64,000 nucleotides of DNA from Craspedostauros australis (Eukaryota), in assembly GCA_030167865.1 (NCBI GenBank), contig JALAGF010003801.1, forward strand, positions 1 to 64,000, read 5' to 3'. The position numbers and the translations under genes were made by a program. This document shows, piece by piece, positions 12,601 through 24,047 of the stretch. Each line of letters starts with the position of its first letter. Position 1 is the stretch's first letter. The notes below the pieces were generated by a model. That model ran no database searches, was not told the origin of the DNA, and worked only from the letters and a program-made list of their open reading frames with translations.

Positions 12601-13389
12601 GCGGCAACAAAGAGTGTGGGAAACGAGGAGAAGGAAGACGAAGAGACGAGCGGTTTGGAGCTGGATAGCATAGAGATCCTGATGCCATCTTTCACACAAG
12701 TACCGCTGCAGGATAAGTTCGTTCGATTCACGGAGAAGCAACAAGACATGGCATCCAAGAGCGAAGCATCGCTGCAGATCCCAACATTCCGTGTCAGCCG
12801 CGAAATCAAGATGGACAGGTTTCATGCGCTGTTCCAGTCGCTGAAGTCTGAAGGAGTTTCCGTCACCTCCCTGCTGGCAAAGGCGGTTGCCTTATCCGTG
12901 CAAGAGCATCCCGTCATCAATAGTTCATTTGACGAGGGCGGCGGGTTAATGTACAAGGGAGACATCAACGTCGCCATGGCCGTCGCAACGCCAGATGGCG
13001 TCATCACGCCGACGATCAAGAACACGAACCTCAAGAGCGTGCAGGAAATCTCGACGATGTGGAAGGACCTGGTGCGCAAGGCGAGGGCAGGCACCTTGCG
13101 ACCGGAGGAACATCAGAATCGCACCATCACGATCACCAACCTCAGCATGTACGATGTGACCAACTTCGACGCCCTGCTGGAAGAAGGGCAGGGCACGGTC
13201 GTTGCCATCGGCGCGATGCAGGAGAAGTTCGTCGAGTCGGAGGACTCCATGCTGGGGTACGCGGCGAGCAAGACCATGATCGTGACGGTCGCCTGCGATC
13301 ATCGGCAGATCTATGGCGCCGACGCGGCCTTGTTCCTCACCTCGCTTGCCAGCATCATGGAGAAAAGGCTCGATGCCTTGTTGGAATGA
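9659..13389 (+). CDS. Plastid-type dihydrolipoamide acetyltransferase (PDH E2)-like protein lacking lipoyl domains; 2 exons, ~1150 aa
   Basis: Exon1 9659-10907 (signal peptide ...LLVES-F, Q/P-rich), G|GTAAGT donor at 10908, CAG acceptor ending 11185; the phase-1 join is in frame with exon2 11186-13389. Peripheral-subunit-binding domain ATPQALELIKKNKLDIDEIEGSGNFGRIVVDDV; catalytic domain with DINVAMAVATPDGVITP and CDHRQIYGADAA. Confidence 0.85.
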
Positions 13390-14203
13390 GTGGGAATCAT
13401 GTGCAAGTGGCCTGTCATCCAATACGCTGCGAGCAGCGAGTAGCGCGCAGCTCGGAACTGGGGGGAGAGCCGAGAAGCGATACAGCAGCGTGGTGGATGC
13501 TCGTGCTCGTACCCGTAGAGTATCGTGCTATTTGTACCCGCGCGGGTACGCAGCGTGAAGAATCCGTCGAGAACCTATCGGCAGCCACATGTTGCACAGT
13601 ACGCAATGAAGTATAGTGTAGTCGTACAACTCGTATTGTAAAATATTACATGTGATAATAGGAGAATAATCAACAGTGGTGCGAATGATACCTGCACTGA
13701 GGATGAGGGGAGTTGTCTGGGAGCCCCAGCGTATGCCTCGCTCACGCGTTCTCATGTGTTGACACCAGGCTTGTTCCGTGAGAGCGTTGCACCTTCGCGG
13801 TTCTCAAGTGGTTTCGCACAACACCGTGAACCACAACATCGCGAGTGTGGTGTCCACCCCAGATCAAACACGCAATGAAGACACAGCTCCAAGAGTATTC
13901 AGCATCACGCCACTGTGCATCCACCTTCTCACAGCAACACATCATACCATACACACAAGAGCTTCATCACAATTAATAATTCACACGAGCTAGCCTGGTT
14001 AATTGTCGACGCACGCAGACGACAGCAATGATTGGTGCTGCAGCCACGAATCCAGGACGGGTGGTCGCAGAATGCATTGCTCCGACTTGGCACCGTTCCT
14101 TCCATTGCCATTGTTATTGCCATCGCAATGGCCGTTGCTGCTATTGTCGCTGCTGCTGCCGTCGTCATCATTCCCACAACCATCGCAAGAGGGGATCAGC
14201 ATG

Positions 14204-17200
14204 TTACTGAAGGGCCGGGAGGACTTCGTTGAGCTTTGCCTTCACCTCGTCCTCCACCTTGCTGGTTGGTGCCACAGCCTCTGTGAATATTCGCTTCAGC
14301 TCCGGCTTCTGGGCCACGGCATCCGGGTGGTTCATCTGGACGAGTCCGAGGAGGCAGGTGTATATGGTCTCGTTCTCCGTCATGTCCGTCTTCAATGGGA
14401 GGAGCTTCAGCATGGCTGGGAGGACCTGTGGCATGGGCAGGTTGTTGGGGCACGCCATGATCATTCGGGCGATGGCAGCGGCGGCGTTGTCCACGCATGC
14501 CGCAGATGTCTCTCCGCCTGTAGGGTTGATGTGAAACAACGGTTCCAAGGCCTGCAGGATCTGCGGGTAGTTGTCGACGACGCGTTCCTTGAGGTGTTCA
14601 CAGCACACACCGGCGCAGAAGGCGGCGTTGCGCTTGACGTCTTCGGATGGATCGGCGAGACCGGCCATGACTGCCGGGAGGAAGACTGTTTGCCAGTGCT
14701 CAAAGATTGCGCCTTCGAGTTCTTGCGCAACCTCGCTGAGCCATCCGAGGGCCATCGATCGATCACGCGGAGGTCTTGAGGATTTTGCGTATTCGCAGAT
14801 GGCGGCGAGGAATTGTGGGAGGTACTGGGCGAACTGTGCTCCCAGGATACGTCCGAAGCCGCCGACCAAGTCGCAGGCGGCCTGTGTCACGATGTCGTGA
14901 TCGTCGTCGTCCTCTGGCGATTCACCGTACAGCTCGTCTGCTGTTTGGCACGGTGCCGCCTTGATGAGGAGCTTGTGGGTGTTCTCCATGCACTCCTGTG
15001 CGACTGGGAGGAGAGCGTGCGGTCCGCAAAGTTCGATGACGGATTGGATGCCTTCGCATGCCTTTCCGACCGTGGTCTTGTCGTCGTCCTTCATCAAGGC
15101 GATGAGCTCGGCCAGTACGGCAGAGACGATGGCATTGGTTGGCTGGTCCATTGGGTTTGGACCAGTCACGTCGCCCTTGGTCCACTGGATCTCGCCGTCG
15201 TGGTACGCGGAAACGCATGGCACGACGAGATTGGGCATGGCATCTGCGACTTCGCTCTTGATGAGCGGATGCCAGTTGGTCGCGGCCTTCTGAAGGACCT
15301 GCATGACGACCTCAAGATGCGGGCAGAACGCAGCGCCGGTGTGGGCTGCCATCTCACCCACGGCAGTGATGGCACCCTTCTTGACTTCGAGAAGGGCGGT
15401 GCGGACATGCAGCACGAAGTTTCCAGCGCCTTCATCCTCGTTGTCGGAATCGTCCAAGTTGTTGAATTGTCCAGCCTGTGGGGTTGTGAAAAGTAACGAT
15501 TGCAACTCACGCTGTTAGCCAAACGAATGAAGACAGGCGCGAAGTCAGTGTGGTATCCTGTTTCTCTCTTTCGCTCTCTCTCTCTCTCTCTCTCTCTCTT
15601 TGTTGCACATGCACACATGCACACGCACGCATGGAAGCAGGCAGCAGGTATTGCACAAACACACAGAAAGCAAAAGTCGCGCACCCATGCAATGCAATGC
15701 TGTACGCATTGTACGTTTGTGGATCGTGTTTGCTTACCCTCTCAACTTCTTCGGCTGGCTCCAATTGACCTTCGTCGGTACCGATGACCTGCACCAGGTG
15801 CGGAACGAGCTGCGGCAAGGCGGGGGCAAATTCCTCCTTCATGACCTTGGCGAGGTTGGCGAAGACAGCGTAGGCAAACTCGTGCAGGTCGGTGGAATCG
15901 CGGGTGAGTCCCTCGCAGGCACATTCCATGGTGGCCTTGAAGTAGGGGCGGAAGGTCTCGCGTCCGACGGCGATGGCCATGTGTCCCATGCACTCCAGGG
16001 CACGCCCGCGCAGGGAGTACAGCTTTTCTTCCGTCAGCGCCATGCACTTCGTCATGAGCGTGGCGACGCCTCCCACGTAGGGGGTGAATTCCTCCTCGGC
16101 GGCCACGGCTGTTGCAGCGAGCGCTGCCACGGCCATTTCCTGGACGCTGCGCTTGGTCGTGCCTTCGAGCATCTGGGCGAGCTTTCGGACGAGGGCGTCG
16201 AGCAGCGGTCTGACAGCCTCAGGTTCCAATCTCTCGCAAAACATTTCCAAAACGTAGCACGATGTTGCCTGGACTGCCACCTGGTTGTCGTCGAGGAGCT
16301 TGAAGACGATCGGCAGGATCTGATCGGAGTAGGACAGGACCTCCGGCTGGCAGTGTTCGGATATCTGTCCGAGGCAGAAGCAAGCGCATTCCCGGACCTG
16401 TGCGTCGGAGTCGCTGGCGGCATTCAAGACATGCGGCATGATTTCCTGCAGGTGCTCCCGGAGCGGCTCGGAACAGCCTTCGGCAATGACGCCGAGCCCG
16501 GCGATGCCCGCTTTTCTGTGATTGGCCTGTGGAGAAGTCAAACGCTGCACACATCTGGACACGGCCGGTTGGAAGATGTACTTCTTTGGGATTTCGCACG
16601 CCAGCATGTCGAGGGTTCCCTGCGCCATGGAGGTTTCGGATGGCGAATCGAGCTCCGGATCGTACTCATCCTCGTCTGCGTCCTCCAGGTCCTGCCTCCA
16701 GGCCGGGTTGGACTCGAAGAGAGCGCCGGCGGCGGAGTCCGGGGAGTTTTCAATAAGCGCAAAGAGAGTTTCGAGGACCTGGGCGAGGAGCTGCTCGTCC
16801 TTGCCGAAGGTGCGTGGCTTGGATTCTGCGAGGGTGGCGATGACGAGGGCCGCGGAATCTCTGACGCCCATCTCCAGGTCCTTGGTCTGGATGCATTCGA
16901 GTCCGAAGTGGACCATCGCGATGAGGTGCACGGCAACGGCCTGGGAGGGCGAGTAGGCAAGATCGTAAAGGACATCGAGAACGGTGCTGACCAACTCCTC
17001 CTCGCTGTGCATCTTCCTCTGCTGGCTGGCCACCTGCAGGATGGGTGGGATGAGACCGGCGAAGACCTCGACCTCCGGCTCGTCGGCCAGGTAGGAGAGG
17101 AGCTGGCCGAGGGCCTTGACCGCCGCCCTCTGCACCTTGGGATCCTCGGTGGGGACGAGGGCCTTGGCGAAGAGTCCCGAGATGGGTTCAAACTGTGCCT

Positions 17201-18132
17201 TCAAATGCAATCCGATCGTCTCCGTCATTTCCTGCAGCAACCAAAACGCCAACTCCCTCGCCTCTACCTGCTGCACATCGGCCGCAGCGGCTGCCGCGAT
17301 GAACTGGAAGAGCTCTGGCCAGGAGGTGCCGCCTGCCCCGCATTCCAGCTTTGCCAAGGATGCAGCCACGCCGACGAGTCCATTGCGGACGGATCGCTCT
17401 GGTTCCTGTCCGATAATTACCAGGATTTCAGCCTTCAACGACGTCTTCATTGGCACGTCGAACTTCGCGTAGTGTCCAGCGAGACGCTTTCGCAAGAGGA
17501 TGCCTGCCACATGACGAACAGGAGGTGGCTGTGATGGAGTGCAAATATAATATCATAGGTAAAGTAGGTGCAATAGGTAAAGCGGGCATGGAGTGGAGTG
17601 TAGGGTGATTGGAGATGAGGTGGAAATTCGGAGAATGGTGGTGTAGGAGAAACGAGCATGGGTCAATGGTTGAGTGGGTTGAGTGAGTGGGCGTCATTTG
17701 GTGTGATGTGATGTGAGTGATGTGATGTGACACAATGCGATGAAACACAAAGGCATATCCGTAAGTCCCTAGCAACGGGTGTCACGTAAGCCTCCATCGA
17801 ACCATCGCAATGACGGAGAGGTCAACGATGATCGCTTGATTCTTTTGTTTGTGTGGTACAGACACAGAACGCAGGCAGGCGATCGAAAGCAATCGAAAGC
17901 AAAGCAAGAACAATGCTATGCAATGCTATGTCCATGCTACGCAACATGCCGCATGACACAAAGAGCAACGTACGTGGACCTCTTTTGCCTTGAGGATCTC
18001 CACCAAGGCTGGAACGCTGCGTGGATCCTTGAGCAGGGGCTTCAGGGAAAGTTCGGCCTGTCGAATGGCCTCCGTGTCCGGCTGAGTGAGCACCGCAAGC
18101 AGTTGGCTGAGCTGAGCGGCGTCGGATGACAT
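14204..18132 (-). CDS. IPO4: Importin-4 (karyopherin beta, Kap123-like); 3 exons, ~1073 aa
   Basis: Exons 18132-17974, 17528-15738 and 15475-14204 joined by phase-0 GT-AG introns. N-terminus LTQPDTEAIRQAELSLK...VRHVAGILLRKRL; HEAT repeats with GVIAEGC, VRECACFCLGQISEHCQPE, LRGRALECMG, VKRNAAFCAG, DNAAAAIARMI, LPLKTDMTE. Confidence 0.92.
15573..15599. repeat. (CT)n microsatellite in importin-4 intron
   Basis: Direct dinucleotide run. Confidence 0.85.
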
Positions 18133-18309
18133 GATGGAAGACTCCTGCTTGCTTCTTGCTTCGTGGCTGTTGCTTCGTCTTGGTCTGCCTCTCGCTGATG
18201 CTGATGTTGCTGATGCTGCTGCGAAGAAGTCAATGGAAGTCCGGATGGATGGGATGCGCTTGATGCAATCTTTTATGGTGCGCTCAGAGCGAACCTCTGC
18301 AGCGTACTT

Positions 18310-18510
18310 GTGTCGTGCTCGTTGTCGTGCTCCTTGTCGTGCTCGTTGTCGTGCTCGTGGGATGCCTTGTGGTGGGTGTTTGCTACTGCTGTCCCTGCTT
18401 TGTTGCTGTGATTCTCACTCTGTTGTGGAGGCAGGCGACGAGTAGCAGAGTTGATGGTGAGGCACGGATGGTGATGAGGATGGTGATGAGGATGGTGATG
18501 AGGATGGTGG
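18310..18510. repeat. Two 12-bp tandem arrays upstream of importin-4: (tgtcgtgctc[g/c]t)x4 and (gatggtgatgag)x3+
   Basis: Seen directly at ~18311-18358 and ~18467-18508. Confidence 0.85.
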
Positions 18511-19112
18511 TGGTACTTCGTCGCTCGATTCTCTGCCGTCTTTGCCGCAAGCAGGAGTGTGGCCAATGGTTGGAACGGCGGTGATCTTCGAAGCAAGTGG
18601 TTGGTCGAGAGCACGTTGTTGGTCGGGCGATTTCGTGTCTTCGCCGTCCTGTCACACCTCCGCCACCACGAATTTCTCACGCTGATGTTTCTCTTGTGTC
18701 CTGTCACATAGCCACGACCACGATGACCAACCGCAAAAATCCTCTGCTCTCTGCGACACCACCAGCGAACGCTTGGAATACCGTTGTTCTTCCCTCCTCT
18801 TTCTTTGTCCATCGTCCATCGTCCATCATCCAGGCATCATCACGTCACATGGGGTTGCCTCTCGTTGCCGAATTTTTGGTTTGCACAAACTCCACCACAA
18901 TCCAATGGCTGCGAGGGACACAGACAGACGGGTCACGAGGATCCACTTCCAAGACTGAACTGTGTGTGACTCCGACTTGCCATGATTGAAAATAGGAGAG
19001 GCTTTCGAAGTGTGTTCTTGGCTTCACCAACACATGGATGTCCTGTTTACGTGGGACCAGAGAAATCCTATCTGGTACCCACTATCATTTCGCCGATACT
19101 CGCAATACTCTA

Positions 19113-19507
19113 CCGTTTCGCTCGGCTTGGAAACGGAAGAGAGGTGCGCGGTGAGTCGTGGGCTTCGTGAAAACGGAAGTACGACTCGCCCTGTCATCCA
19201 AACTCTCTCCAGATTTGTGCCCACGTAGCCGTTGGGCTAAGTTTTTCGAAGATGTCGGCGAAACTATCCGTTGATGTGGGTTGCCGTTGGCGGAGACGCC
19301 AACGGAATTTGCCGTTGGCGCGTGACCGTATCTCGCCGTTTTGTTTGGTCATCTTATCGGCATGGTGTTGGCAGCGCCTCGGGCGCGACAGAAACCGTTA
19401 TCGCAACCTCTAAACATCGTGCCGAGCCTCCTCTCACCACCACACAACAAGAGAGCGGTGCGCCAATCTGTTTAGCGTCCCACAATTTGAATTTCGCGAA
19501 ACCCAAT
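19113..19507 (+). promoter_or_regulatory. Cluster of MYB/MSA-type AACGG elements with CCAAT boxes and a CHR-like TTTGAA (G2/M-type promoter)
   Basis: AACGG/CCGTT at 19113, 19132, 19172, 19229, 19268, 19284, 19301, 19312, 19336 and 19395. 19226-19236 reverse complement CCCAACGGCTA fits the MSA consensus YCYAACGGYYA. CCAAT at 19463 and 19503; TTTGAA at 19486. Confidence 0.65.
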
Positions 19508-19794
19508 CAACGAAGACACCAACAAACATCAACAGACAGCTCACAGTCAACCCTTTCCATTTCAAAGAGGCGCTCACCACCAAACACACGCCATCTACCG
19601 CCATTTCCGTCAGCGCAACGTCGTACCCCACGAGCAACTCCAACAAGCAACAGAAACAAGAATTCCAACAACAAGGGCGCCAACTCCAACAGCAACACCA
19701 ACAGCAATAACAACAGCACTATCTGCACCAGTGCCAACAAGAACACCATCATCCCATTGCGGACAAGCACAAAGAAGCAGGAAAGGAACCCACA

Positions 19795-21175
19795 ATGGCG
19801 ACGCAACAAATCAACCGCAACGGCAACAGCAACAGCATGAATAACATGAACACCATCATCATGAGCAGCAACCACGGCAGCATCACTGGCGCCAGAACGC
19901 AGGGAGGCCGCAAACCACTGCAGAGCATCAGCGTTAACTCGACCTCATCACCGTCTCCGGCGAAGAGGACCACAATGGTGAGCGAACATTTCCTTATCCG
20001 GCATCAACTGAGTTAGCGCGCATGTTGAAGCGCGCACCCCCTGCAAATTCAAAATTGGTCATCCACGATCATTCCAGCTGATCGCCATACTGTATCGGCA
20101 CGGAAATACTCGCCGACTGTGTCTCAACGGAAGTCGTACAAGCCGGTTGGCTTTTCTACGATTGCGTTGCCCCCACCAAAATTTTGTCCAAAATAGGCTT
20201 GCACCATGCCAGTCAATCGTCCGAACGCTGTCACATGCAAATTTTGGGCAAACTGCACACAGAGCACCAGTATCGTACTCGCACTCATGCGAACATTCCC
20301 ACTGACCCCCATACTCACACCAACCTTTCATCACGGTGAAACGCTCCTCGATCTCATTCATCCACACTTGTGCACAATGCAATCGATTCCTTCCATTCCA
20401 CCCTCCTCGGTCTCACAAAATCCAATCAAACTCACAAACGAAACATCATACAAACGCAAACGCACATCCACCCACACCCACACACACGTTCAAATACACT
20501 TTCAAACCATCCCGCAATTGTATCAATCATCCTCCCTCCACTCTGCACCCACAATCGTTCAAACCAAACCAATTCATTTCACATCGCGCCTCAACAAAAC
20601 ACAACAACGACGATACAAACAACATGACTGCCACAACCATGCCTGAAATGACTTGCTCCATCTCCACACAAACCGGCCACAAAACGCAACCCATGTCACC
20701 ACTCTCCGTCTCCGACCTCCCCATCCTGCAGCTCTCCAAGCCAAACTACACGGTGGACTTCCGCAAGAGAATGACAGCAACCACTCTCCCACGCAACGAC
20801 AAGCTCCGCATCCTCAACGAGGTCGGCGAGCCATCTGAGGCAAACATCACCACCATGACGGTCAGCACCTTCGACAACGAGCCATCCACGCCATGCCTCG
20901 AGGCAGAGAACTCCGAGGAGCTGCACGAGTCCAAGCCGCTCATCTTCCGCGATGCGCCACGGCTTGCACTCCCGGCACTGGATGAGGAAGACGAAGACAT
21001 CTTCGTCCTGAAGAGAGCCAACCCGGTGTACGACAGCGAGGACGAGGAGTACTTCATGAGCAGCCCAGCAAAGCGACGCCGAACAAACGAGTCCGAGTCC
21101 ACCATTGCCCTTGGCTGGAGCGACCGAGTCTCCGTTAACGACGATGGCAACTTCCGCATCCAGTTTCAGCTGTAA
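19795..21175 (+). CDS. Hypothetical disordered cell-cycle protein with D-box-like and CDK/NLS motifs; 2 exons, ~208 aa
   Basis: Exon1 19795-19977 (RKPLQSISVN, SPAKR), ATG|GTGAGC donor at 19978, CTGCAG acceptor ending 20731, exon2 20732-21175 in phase 0. Exon2 has coding-like C/G third positions, an acidic tract and SPAKRRR. An alternative in-frame ATG lies at 20624. Confidence 0.65.
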
Positions 21176-21670
21176 GCAGCAGAACGCGCGACCGTCCCGG
21201 CGATAACAACGACAGCACAAGCTGTCACGCCGCTCCCCATCATCATCGTATAACCCCGTCGTCTACCACCCTAAACATCACCGACATTACAAGCATCCCG
21301 CAAAATAGAAAGAAATCACACATCTTACACCAACGTCAACATGGATTTGTCTCTGTAGCTATTTCGTGATTTCGTGTGAGTGAAACACGACCAGCGCTTC
21401 TACCATGATACGGAGCGTTGGAATCGTGTTGTTGGAAAGAAGAAACACAGACGTGCTCTTCGTGTCATGGTTCGTTGTCCGCAGACTCGAAGAATGAATG
21501 GGTGCGCAATCTTGCCTACGATGAGAATAAAGTTGGGTTGAATTGGGCAGTGATGTGGGCTCATCCTTTGCGTACGAGCACCGGTACTACTATCATCATT
21601 GCGTGCATGCACACCAGTTCGATGGCAATACATAGTGGCCAGGGTGCTACTGCTCCTGCTCCTGCTCCTC

Positions 21671-22399
21671 CTACGCAACTTCAAGCTCTCCGTTGGAATG
21701 AAGGGTGCACCGTATCGGTTCTGCATTCACTGGGCAGATGGATGCGGACTGCAGCAAAGCCTTGATGACATAGAAGTGACAGACGATCGCGATGGTCGTT
21801 TCGGACCGCTCATCGTACAGCCATTGCAGGATGTGACTCGCCCTGTCACGGCCGGAAGCGACGCCGCTTGTTGGTCTCGACGACTCGGTATCCGCATCAA
21901 CGATGTGACGATCGTCGCCCACGTCCAGTTCTCGCAGCACGGTCTCCATCTTGCGTGGCCAGTTCTCAGGGATGCCGGATCCCATCTCTCGCAGGTCGTG
22001 CTGCACGACGATATCGTGCTGCCGAAAGCCCAGCATCGCCGTGTGCAGAGCTCGCGTGAGCGGCGACGAGACCACGAGCTGGATGGAGCCCATTTGCTCC
22101 TCAGTTAGCAGGCGCGGGATGTCTTTCGCCTGCTGAACGCCCAACCTGGTCAATCCGCAGTCTCGCAAGGACGGATCCGTCTTTCGATTCAGACCCATCA
22201 TTCTTGCTGTCTGACCCAGCGATTGACCGTGGCGTACGAGCCAGACCGTCTTGGTTGCGGCGCTGCTCTCACTATCTCGCTTGTGATTCCCCGTTGAGGC
22301 ATGAGTGGTTGTTGCACCACGATTCGAGGAGGCCATCGTGTTGGATGCAGGTGGAGGGCTGCGGCGCTTCTGCCTGCCATGGGAGCTACGTTTGGGCAT
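21671..22399 (-). CDS. Histidine phosphatase / phosphoglycerate mutase-like protein
   Basis: VWLVRHGQS, LT..G..QA, VVSSPLTRALHTA, LREM, IAIVCH motifs. Start uncertain (MPKRSS at 22399). Confidence 0.85.
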   Translation of the reverse strand: MPKRSSHGRQKRRSPPPASNTMASSNRGATTTHASTGNHKRDSESSAATKTVWLVRHGQSLGQTARMMGLNRKTDPSLRDCGLTRLGVQQAKDIPRLLTEEQMGSIQLVVSSPLTRALHTAMLGFRQHDIVVQHDLREMGSGIPENWPRKMETVLRELDVGDDRHIVDADTESSRPTSGVASGRDRASHILQWLYDERSETTIAIVCHFYVIKALLQSASICPVNAEPIRCTLHSNGELEVA

Positions 22400-22828
22400 C
22401 GTCCGGCCGATGATCGTTCCGAGTGATGTCAGCAGTGGTTTCCGTAGCTGAGGTGGTTGCGCGAGGACGACAATGAGGAGGATGTTGGCAAGTGGTGCTT
22501 TGTCTGTGAGTTGGTATGCGCGCTGATCGTTGCATGTTGTGGACCTTTCGGAGGGCATTTGTTGTTGGAGTGAATGGCACACGTTTGGACCATCGTGCTC
22601 ACGACTGAACTTGAAACGGTTTGTCCGTCGTACGGACAAAGAAATGGCGCCAAATCTGCTGTCTACCCGAATGTGATCATGGTAATGTCCCAGGTGGTCC
22701 AGGTTCGCTCTGAGTACCATCAACATAGGTGTCATGCAGCGCTTCTGCAGGGTCCAATGCAAAGGGTTCTTGGTGTCGATGCTCTGGCGTGCTCCAGCAG
22801 GGCTAGCTCGGTGACGAAAGCGCTAAAT

Positions 22829-22856
22829 CATAGAATAGAATAGAATAGAATAGAAT
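22829..22856. repeat. (ATAGA)n pentanucleotide repeat
   Basis: atagaatagaatagaatagaatagaat. Confidence 0.85.
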
Positions 22857-23399
22857 CGTAAGATGTTATCCCTCGCATGCGCCATTGTGATTCGCGAATC
22901 GCAGAAAGGAGGTGAGCAGCGGGGGATTGTTGGTTCACGATCCCTCCTGTTCCATTCGAAGCCTCATTGCATGACTATGTCCATGTCTATAATTGTTGAC
23001 TACGTAGTTGCTCATAGTCAGGTGCACAATAGCATGCGATCGCGTACCATGTTCAATGCCGGCCCATGCTCAGCGACAACAATGAGCGCTGCGAACTAGT
23101 TCTTTCGCAAGCAACAGCTCTCTGTGAAGACGGTCATAGGGGAATGAAACGCGAGCAACAGTCTACGTTAAGCGTGGGTTGCAGACGAGACGAGACGAAG
23201 CGAAGGTGGCCAAACTTCCCCATGAACTACGCTTGCACCATGTCGCTATCAACGCGTGAGTCAATCGCGACATCTCGCGACAACCACCTTGCTCTATCGC
23301 CAAATGCTGCTCCATGACGTAACGGAGCAATGAGCACATTGCGCTATCCCTCATTGCCATCATTGTCTGTTGTCATCCAGAATACGAGGCACGACACAA

Positions 23400-24047
23400 T
23401 CACTCCATGGGCTCCAGTCGATAATCATCCGTGATCTCCATCTTCAAAAATTGTCTTGCCGCCGCATAATCCTCCTGCTCCGGATACATCTCCACGCGCC
23501 AGATGCCCGGCACGATAACCCGCACCTCGAGCTCCTTCCGCAGCGCCAGCTCGTAATCCATCTTGAGCTGCTCGACATCCTCGATCGACGACGACGACGA
23601 CGATAGCAGCTGGGCCTGCCCTTGCCGCAGCCGTTGCAAGGCGGCCTGCCGACGCGGTCCCACCACATCGGCCAGCTCATTGAACCTCGCGTCGTAGACG
23701 TACCATCCCCAGATGGCGAGGAAGATGACGAGGAGCACCGGCGCCGAGACGAGGCTGCGGATCTTGGGACTGCTGAAGAGGGCGCCCGTCAATAGCAGCG
23801 TGCGGTAGAGTTGCGAGCTTGTGGCCTTGTTCCATAATGAAGGCTTGTCGTCATCATTGTCGTCATTCTTGCGCGCTGCTGTCAGGGCCGTGTGTTGTTG
23901 TGCGTAGCGTGGCATCGTGGTATGTCGGCTTGGGAGGAGCGATGTGATATGCGTGTGAGAGAATGCTGTTGACGACGGCACGATCGTGCAGAGAACGGCG
24001 AGGAGCAACGCCGTCGTTCGGTGAATGGTCGGTGCGGCGGGCATCAT
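23400..24047 (-). CDS. Hypothetical plastid-targeted membrane protein
   Basis: Signal peptide ending STA-F (ASAF-type), Ser/Thr/His-rich transit-like segment, hydrophobic segments LLLTGALFS and VSAPVLLVIFLAIWGWYVY; high-GC coding pattern. Confidence 0.7.
   Translation of the reverse strand: MMPAAPTIHRTTALLLAVLCTIVPSSTAFSHTHITSLLPSRHTTMPRYAQQHTALTAARKNDDNDDDKPSLWNKATSSQLYRTLLLTGALFSSPKIRSLVSAPVLLVIFLAIWGWYVYDARFNELADVVGPRRQAALQRLRQGQAQLLSSSSSSIEDVEQLKMDYELALRKELEVRVIVPGIWRVEMYPEQEDYAAARQFLKMEITDDYRLEPME

Noticed and set aside
15600-17534. 644-aa plus-strand ORF, and similar long antisense ORFs at 9620-10930, 25553-27118 and 48995-50089
   Set aside because: Antisense shadows of GC3-rich real genes; no recognisable motifs.
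18310-18510. Tandem repeats considered as a CRISPR-like array
   Set aside because: 12-bp head-to-tail units without unique spacers; eukaryotic context; no cas genes.
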